From the human T2T-CHM13v2.0 reference genome, Homo sapiens: a stretch of DNA of 64,000 nt. The stretch lies in NCBI RefSeq assembly GCF_009914755.1, contig NC_060925.1, one strand, 5' to 3'. Under the pieces are notes generated by a model, which worked only from the letters and a program-made list of their open reading frames with translations, did no database searches and was not told the DNA's origin. Made by a program: the position numbers and the translations under genes. Below, piece by piece: positions 56,407 to 64,000 of the stretch; position 1 is the first letter of the stretch, and each line of letters begins with the position of its first letter.

Positions 56407-59097
56407 TGATTGTTTTCTTTGCTGTGCAGAAGATTTTTAATTTGATAAAATCTCACTTGTTTAGTTTTGCTATTGTTGTCTGTGCTTTTAAAATCTTATT
56501 CATAAAATGTTTTCCCAGGCTCATGTCCTCTGTTTTCTTCTCATAATTTTATCATTTTTGGTCTTACATTTAGGTCTTTGATTGACTTAGACTAGATTTT
56601 CATATAAGGTGAGAGACAGGGGTCTACTTTCATCCTTCTGCATATGGATATACAGTTTTCCCAACACCATTTATTGAAGAGACCTTCTTTTCCCCGATTA
56701 GTGTTTGGAACCTTTGTCAAAAATCCAAAAATCAGTTGACAGTATATATGTGGATTAATTTCTGGATTCTCAATACTGTTCCATCGGTCCGTGTATCTAA
56801 TTTTATGCCAGTACCATGTTGTTTTGGTTACTACAGCTTTGTAGTATATTTTGAGGTCTGGTAGTGTGATACCTCCAGTGTTGTTCTTTTTGCTTATGAT
56901 TACTTTGGTTATTTGGGGTCTTTTGTAGTTCCATACAAACTTTAGGATTTTTTTTTCTGTTTCTGTGAGAAATGTCATTGGTATTTTGATAGAGATTGCA
57001 CTGTTATTTTAACAATATTAATTCTTACAATCCATCAGTATGGGCTGTCTTTTCATTTGTTTGTATCCTCTTCAATTTCTTTCATCAATGGTTCATAGTT
57101 TCCCTTGCAGAGATCTTTCACTTTCTTGGTTAAATTTATTTCTAGGTATTTTAATATTTTTGTAGTTATTGTAAATGAAATTTCCTTATTAATTTATTTT
57201 TCAGCTAGTTTATTGTCCATGTATAGAAATGCCACTGGTTTTTGTATATTAATTTTGTATCCCGCAACTTCACTGAATTCATTTATCAGTTCTAAGAGTT
57301 TTTTTGCTAGAGTCTTTAGGTTTTTCTAGATATAAGAGCATGCCATCTGCAAATAGGGACAATTTAACTTCTGCCATTCCAATTTGAATGTCTTTTATTT
57401 CTCTCTCTTATCTAATTGCTCTGGATAGGACTTCCAGTGCTATGTTGAATAAGACTGGTGACAGTTGGGCATCCTTGTGCTGTTCCATTTATTAGAGGAA
57501 AAGCTTTCAGCATTTCCCCATTCAGTAAGATGTTCACTGTGTGTTTGTCAGATATGCCATTTATTACATTGAGGTACTTTCCTTCTATACCTAATTTGTT
57601 GAGAATTTTTTTATTATGAAGGGATGTTGAATTTTATCAAAAGCTTTTTCTGCATCTATTGAGATGATCATATGATTTTTGCCCTTCATTCTATTGATGA
57701 GATGTATGATGTTTATTGATTTGCATATTTTGAACCAACTTTGCATTCCTGGGATAAATCCCACTTGATCATGGTATATTATCTTTTTGATGTGTTGTTT
57801 GATTCTGTTTGCTGATATTCTGTTGAGAATTTTTGTGTCTCTCTTCATCAGAGATGTTGGCTTCTTTTGTTGTTGTGTCCTTGTCTCATTTTGGTGTCAG
57901 AGTAATGTTAACCTTGTAGAATGAGTTAGGAGGAATTCCTTGCCTTTTAATTTTTTGGAATAGTTTAAGAAGAATTGGTATTAATTATTCTTTAAAGGTT
58001 CAACAGAGGGTGTGGGATAGGGGTAGGGAGTGCATACCTTATGCTTCTAATCTGGAGCAATGCAGCTGTGCAGATTCCTGGCAGCTCTCCAAACTGGACT
58101 CAGGGCTTGCAAGAACTGTGAGATTCTCCTTTTGCAAGGACTGTAGGTGTTTGCTCTGTCAATAGGAGTTGATGAGGTCCTTCTGTTTATCTTTTCCATG
58201 CAATAAGAAGTCCCTCCTGACTCTAGGCAGATTCAATCTGAGCAGGGGATACAGGGCTGCAGAGGCTGAGTGCCTGCATGCTGCCTTTCGGGACTGCCAT
58301 TCATCACAGTTGCATCTTCACTCCCCCACCGTACTCCAGCACCCTCCCTTCAACACTCCAGTCAAATCTTACTGTTTATTCATTGCCTTGGTCCTTTTTT
58401 TTGGTGGGGGTAGGGGGGCAGGCAGAATGCCAGGCATCTCTAATCAACCATCTGCTGACAGCACTCTTCCAAATGATCTGGAGTTTATTTTTATTTTTAA
58501 GAAAAAATTGTATTACACAGATTCTATATTTATACCTTGTGCTAGTAGACTTAAGGTCATTAAAATATAATGGAACCCCTACTTTACAACAGAAGTGGAT
58601 ATATAGTCATCTATAGCATGGTAGAATTCGAACATCATTTCTATGGCTTTAGTAACTGTGACTGGCTCTATCTGGATGTGCAATTTCTGAGGAAATGTTA
58701 AAATCAAAACTTGGGCACTGATTTTTTTTAAAAAAGGAATTATATAAAACTCACCAAAATTATAGTTTTTTTCCCCAAAATGCTCATTGTGCTTTTAAAA
58801 TAATTAATATTAAGTATCCCTCTGTGTGAAGACCATAATTATGACCATCATATCACTATGTCAACAATGACCTTTGAGAGTTAAAAGAATAAAAGATAGG
58901 AGAGCCATCTTGTTGGTGCAAAGAAGATTCTTAGAAGTACCAACTGAGAGATGAAAGTGCTGGCCTAGAAACTAGTAACCTTGTCATGATGTCATTAAGG
59001 CAAAGGTTCACTACAACTGGAGCTAAGAGACACCGGGGTTATCTATTTTGCATTTCATGGTTCTTTTTTCCTCTCTCTCATCATTTTGGGTTTCCAG

Positions 59098-59248
59098 CTG
59101 AGACGTTACAACAAAGATTAGAAGACCTGGAACAAGAGAAAATCAGCCTGCACTTTCAACTTCCTTCAAGGCAGCCAGCTCTTAGCAGTTTCCTGGGTCA
59201 CCTGGCAGCACAAGTCCAGGCTGCCTTGCGCCGTGGGGCCACTCAGCA
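59098..59248 (+). CDS. DISC1: DISC1 exon 4 (151 nt; AETLQQRLEDLEQEKISLHFQLPSRQPALSSFLGHLAAQVQAALRRGATQQ)
   Basis: Acceptor TTTCCAG| at 59097; donor GCA|GTGAGT at 59249. The phase-1 start fits the end of exon 3; the peptide is also visible in ORF 58986-59252. Confidence 0.97.
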
Positions 59249-60589
59249 GTGAGTACTTGTTATTGTCACCATTTTCCCCTCATGTTTCTTCCTACCTCTC
59301 AGCTCCCACATAGTGAAGAGCTGGGAGGAGCTTAGCTGTAGAGACCCTTGGCTGCCTTTCCTGGGAAGGGCCCTTTGTTGGTTGGGAAGGTGGGGATTCT
59401 TCCAGAGTGAGAGATGGCCCATGTGGGTCATGCATCTCTAGAAAGAAGACTTTTCTGCCACTTGACAGAGAGAGAACCTTCTCAAGTGCAGCTGCATCCC
59501 AGGTCTGAAGCATCTCTTGGGAAACTACCCTTCTAAGAAGGTGGGGGTAATTTCCTCTTGTTGAGGCAGCTTGGTGTCCTGTGATCATATTAAGCCTGTA
59601 AGATAAACAGATGGTCCCCTCTGACCGAGCGATGAAAATCCATCCTCCTCCTAACTCTGCCCTCCAGCTCCTGAGCAACATTTGCTATTTGTGTCACCCA
59701 AGGCTCTTCTGAGATTAGTAATATATAGAGAGCAGTTGCTGCTTCTAATCCAGTGGCTTGTGGTCCTGGCTGCATGTTTGAATAACTTAGAAAGATTTAA
59801 AACCTACCAATGTCCAGGCTCCTCCCCAGGCAAGCTAAGTCAGAATGTCTAGGTGTGGGAGGCAAGGGTGGCTCCCAGATATTGGCATGCTTAAAAAGGC
59901 TGAGAACCACTGCTCCATCTACCTTTGTGTTCCCTTTCTCCCTAGGTAAAGGTCTGAGAGGGAACAGGTGTTTTATGAATGCTATGAGCCTCATCACAAT
60001 TCAGGTCTGGTTCTACTTAGTTATCAACATGGCCACAACAATTCCACTTTATTTCCCACTTCCAATTGGTCCTGACAATCACAAGATTTTCTGGCCTATT
60101 CCTATTAAGTGTACATGGCATTATACATTTAGTTTATCTTGATACCTCCCTGAAGCCTGCCTGCACAGTGAGACCAATTACTTTCAGTTTTGCCAGTAGC
60201 ATGTAGCAGAGTGAATGGCACCTGGTAGGTGCTTCCTTATAACTATTTGCTTAGTGAACTTTTTCATGGTTCTCCTCAATAGAGAGTGAATTTCACCTCG
60301 CCATTTTCATTCTTTTCTAATCTGACATTGAGACATCATTGCAACATTGCGTGTTCCTCTTTCACACATGAGGCCACTCCCAAATTGACTTTCTCTGTAA
60401 TTCTCTCATTCTTTTATCTTTGGGGTTATTTCTTGTCGTCTACTCCAGTCTTGGGAAAATTTTAGCATGTAAAAATAGGGCACAAAGATTGAGGCACAAT
60501 AAATTTAGCTAATTTATTATGTTTCTATTTATTTAACAAACACTTTCATAACAGTTACTAAATGCTTTAGAAGTTACTCATTTAATTTA

Positions 60590-61040
60590 TTTCCATTTTT
60601 GAAAATTGTGGTAAAATACACATAACATAAAATTCACCATCTTAAGTGATGGTGATTAAGTGATTAAGCCATTGTTAAGTATACAGTTCAGTGGTATTGA
60701 ATACATCATAATGTTGTGCAATCATCACCACCATTCATCTCCAGAACTTTTCCCTCTTCCCCAACTGACACTCTGTACCCATTAAGCAATAAATCCCCAT
60801 CCCTTCCCCTCTTCCAGTCCATGACAACCACATTCTAATTTCCATTTCTCTGAATTTGACTACTCTGTGTACCTCATAGAAGTGACATCATACAATATTT
60901 GCTCTTTTGTGACTGACATTTCTCATAGTATAGTGTCTTCAATGTTCATCCATCTGATAGCATGTGTCAGAATTTCCTTTCTTTCAAGGCTGTATAATAC
61001 TCCATTGTATGGATAGACTACAGTTTGCTCATTCATTCAT
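60590..61040 (-). mobile_element. L1MB-type 3' end
   Basis: attgtggtaaaatacacataacataaaattcaccat…gaatttgactactct…ccattgtatggatag. Confidence 0.8.
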
Positions 61041-61347
61041 TAAAATAACTCATTTAATGTTCATGACAATTCTAGGGGGTAGTATTATTTTATATATTGA
61101 TATCTACATGTATAGAGATCTGTATCTACATCTATACCTGAATTTTAGGATGAGGAAACCAGGCCCAATAGAAGCTAAGAAACTTAGGCAGATCCACCAG
61201 CAGGTGAGTGCTGAGGGAGACACAAACCCAACTGTCTGGCTTGCATCTTGGCCCTGAATCAGTGCACTGTGCTGCCTTTTAAGTCTGGGCTGGCAAAGGC
61301 TGCTATATTATTATCTCTTTAGCCATACCTGCAATTTGGATGGAGAG

Positions 61348-63809
61348 TGTATTAGTCCATTCTCACATTGCTATAAAGAAATAACTGAGACTGAGTAGTT
61401 TATAAATGAAAGAAGTTAATTGTCTCATGGTTCTACAGGCTGTACAGGGAGCATGATGGTAGCATCTGCTCAGCTTCTGGGGAGGCCTCAGTAAACTTAC
61501 AATCATGGTGGAAGGTGAAAGGGGAGCACACACATTGCATTGCCAGAGTAGGAACAAGAGAGAGAGAGAAAAGAGGGAGGTGCCACACACTTTTAAACAA
61601 CGAGATCTCATGAGAACTCTATCATGAGAATAGCACCAGAGGATGGTGCTAAACCATTCATGAAGTATCCACCCCCATGATGCAGTCATCTTCCACCAGG
61701 CCCTGCCTCCAACACTTGGGATTACAATTTCACTTGAGATTTGGGTGGGGACACAGATCCAAACCATATCATTCCACCCATGTTCTCCCCAAATCTCATG
61801 TTTTTCTCACATTGCAAAATACAATCATCCCTTCCCAATAGTCCCCCAAAGACTTAACTCATTTCCAGCATTAACTCAAAAGTCCAAAGTCTCATCTGAG
61901 ACAAGGCTAGTCCCTTCTGCCTGTGAGAGTCTGTAAAATATAAAACCAGTCAGTTACTTCCAAGATATAGACATTGGGTTAATACTCCTGTTCCAAAAGA
62001 GAGAAACTGGTCAAAAGAAAGGGGCTACAGGCCCCATGCAAATTGAAATGCAGTAGGGCAGTCATTAAATCTTAAAGCTCCAAAATAATCTCATTTTGAC
62101 TCCATGTCTCACATCCAGAGCACACTGGTGCAAGGAGTGGGCTCCCATAACCTTGGGCAGCCCTGCCCTTGTGGCTTTGCAGGGTTCAGATGCTGCAGCT
62201 GCTCTCACAGGCTGGCATTGAGTACCTGCAGCTTTTCCATGCTGAGGATGCAAGCTGCCAGTGGATCTGCTATTCCAGGGTCTGCAGGATGGTGGCCCCC
62301 TTCTCACAGCTCCACTAGGCAGTGCCCCAGTGGGGACTCTGTGTGGGGTTCCAACTCCACATTCCCCCTCCATATTACCCTAGTAGTGGTTCTCCATGAG
62401 GGGTCCTGCCCTGCAGCAGACTTCTGCCTAGACAACCAAACTTTTCCATACATCCTCTGAAACCTAGGCAGAGGCTCCCAAGCCTCAACTCTTGCACTCT
62501 GTGCACCTGCAGGCTTAACACCATGTGGAAATTGCCAAGGCTTATGGCTTGCACCCTCAGAAGCAGTGGTCCAAGCTGTATCTGGACCCCTTTGAGCCAT
62601 GTCTGGAGTTGGAAAAACTGACAGCAGTGTGAGGAGCAGTGTCCTGAGGCTGTGCAGAGCACTGGGGCCCTGGGGCTGGCCCATGAAACCATTCCGTCCT
62701 CCTCGGCCTCCAAGCCTATGAGGGGAGGGGCTGCCATGAAGGTCTCTGAAATGCCTCTGAGGCCTTTTCCCCATTGTCTTGGCTATTAGCACTCAGCTCC
62801 TTTTTACTTATGCAAATTTTTGCAGCCTGCTTGAATTCCTCCCTCGAAAATGGTCTTTTCTTTTCTACCACATGGCCAAGCTGCAAATTTTCCAAACTTT
62901 TATGCTTTGTTTCCTCTTTAAATATAAGTTCAAACTTTAGGTCATTTATTTGCTCATGCATATGAGAATAGGTTGTTAGAAGCAGCCAGGCCACATCTTG
63001 AATGCTTTGCTGCTTAGAAATGTCTTCCACCAGATACCCTAAATCATTAATCTCAAGTTCAAAGATCCACAGATTCCCTAGGGCAGGGGCACAATGCAGC
63101 CAAGTTCTTTGCTAAGCAATAACAAAATTGACCTTTACTCCAGTTCCCAATAAGTTTCTCATTTCCATCTGAGACCTCATGAGCCTGGCTTTCACTGTTC
63201 ATATCACTACCAGCATTTTGGTCATAACCATTCAATCAGTTTCTAGGCATTTCCAAACTTTTCCTCATCTTCGTGTCTTCTTCTGAGCCATCCACACTCT
63301 TCCAACCTCAGCCCATTACCCGATTCCAAAGCCAGTTCCACATTTTCAGGTATCTTTACTTTATAGCAATGCCCCACTTCTTGGTACCAATTTTCTGTAT
63401 TAGTCCATTTTCACATTATTATAAAGAAATACCCAAGACTGGGTAATTTATAAAGAAAAGAGGCTTAATTGGCTCACTATTCTGCAGGATGTACAGGAAG
63501 CATGATCTGGCATCTGCTCTGGCTTCTGGGGAGGCCTTAGGAAACTTACAATCATGGCAGAAGGTGAAGGGGGAGCTAGCATATCACATGGCTGGAGCAG
63601 CAAGAGAGAGAGAAATGGGAGGTATTACTCACTTTTAAACATCCAGACCTTGTGAGAACTCTATCACGAGAACACCAGGGGATGGTGTTAAACATTCATG
63701 AAAGATCCATCCCCATGATTTAATCACCTCCCACCAGGACCCACCTCCAACATTGGGGATTACAATTCAACATGAGATTTGGGTGGGGACGCAGATCCAA
63801 ACCATAGCA
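61348..63809 (-). mobile_element. Complete MST (MaLR) element: 5' LTR 63396-63809, internal region 61772-63395, 3' LTR 61348-61771
   Basis: Two homologous LTRs (TGTATTAGTCCATT…CAAACCATA), 5-bp TSD GAGAG at 61343-61347 and 63810-63814, and internal ORF remnant EDISKQQSIQDVAWLLL… typical of MST/THE1-int. Confidence 0.92.
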
Positions 63810-64000
63810 GAGAGTGATGCTTTTATTCTGGTCTTGCCTAAGTTTTTGATAGAATATGATTAACTAAAAGCCAGTGTCATGCATTCTTAATTATATTAGG
63901 TTACACCATAAGGACATCTCTTACATTTGACTGTTTGAAACCTGTCAAACATTTTATGGGGTTTGACCTAATAAGGCCCCCAGAAAAGTATAGGCCTTTA

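Noticed and set aside
56592-57848. Reverse-transcriptase-like ORFs
   Set aside because: Fragmented L1 ORF2 remnants with stops and frameshifts; not an active or novel RT system.

Overview
Human (primate-repeat-rich) genomic DNA from inside DISC1 (Disrupted in schizophrenia 1, + strand). The window runs from the end of intron 1 through exon 2 (3033-4012, 980 nt), exon 3 (11158-11227, 70 nt) and exon 4 (59098-59248, 151 nt) into intron 4. Splice phases (1-0, 0-1, 1-2) join into the DISC1 N-terminal protein sequence, residues 23-423. Codon 264 is CAG (Gln), the Q allele of the known R264Q polymorphism. The 48-kb intron 3 holds alternative terminal exons (30031, 31721) that give short isoforms. 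The rest is mostly Alu, L1, L2, MIR, MaLR/ERV LTRs and Tigger/Ricksha DNA transposons. Most notable observations: (1) exon 3 starts with GTAATA, so joining it to exon 2 rebuilds a 5' splice site (GAG|GTAATA). This is recursive-splicing exon architecture and could explain the exon-3-skipped truncated isoforms; a second AG|GT point lies at 30030/30031. (2) A ~200-bp non-Alu inverted repeat (139-nt ungapped core, 129/139 identical) brackets 1.4 kb containing a Ricksha element. (3) A 1.2-kb GGT-type repeat tract carries a 30-bp insert copied from 1.4 kb downstream. (4) A TA/GGAG minisatellite with perfect 20-bp inverted ends sits at an L1 internal deletion. Gene identity, isoform names and repeat subfamilies come from recall of known sequences, not from a search. 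Repeat boundaries are approximate unless target-site duplications (TSDs) are given.
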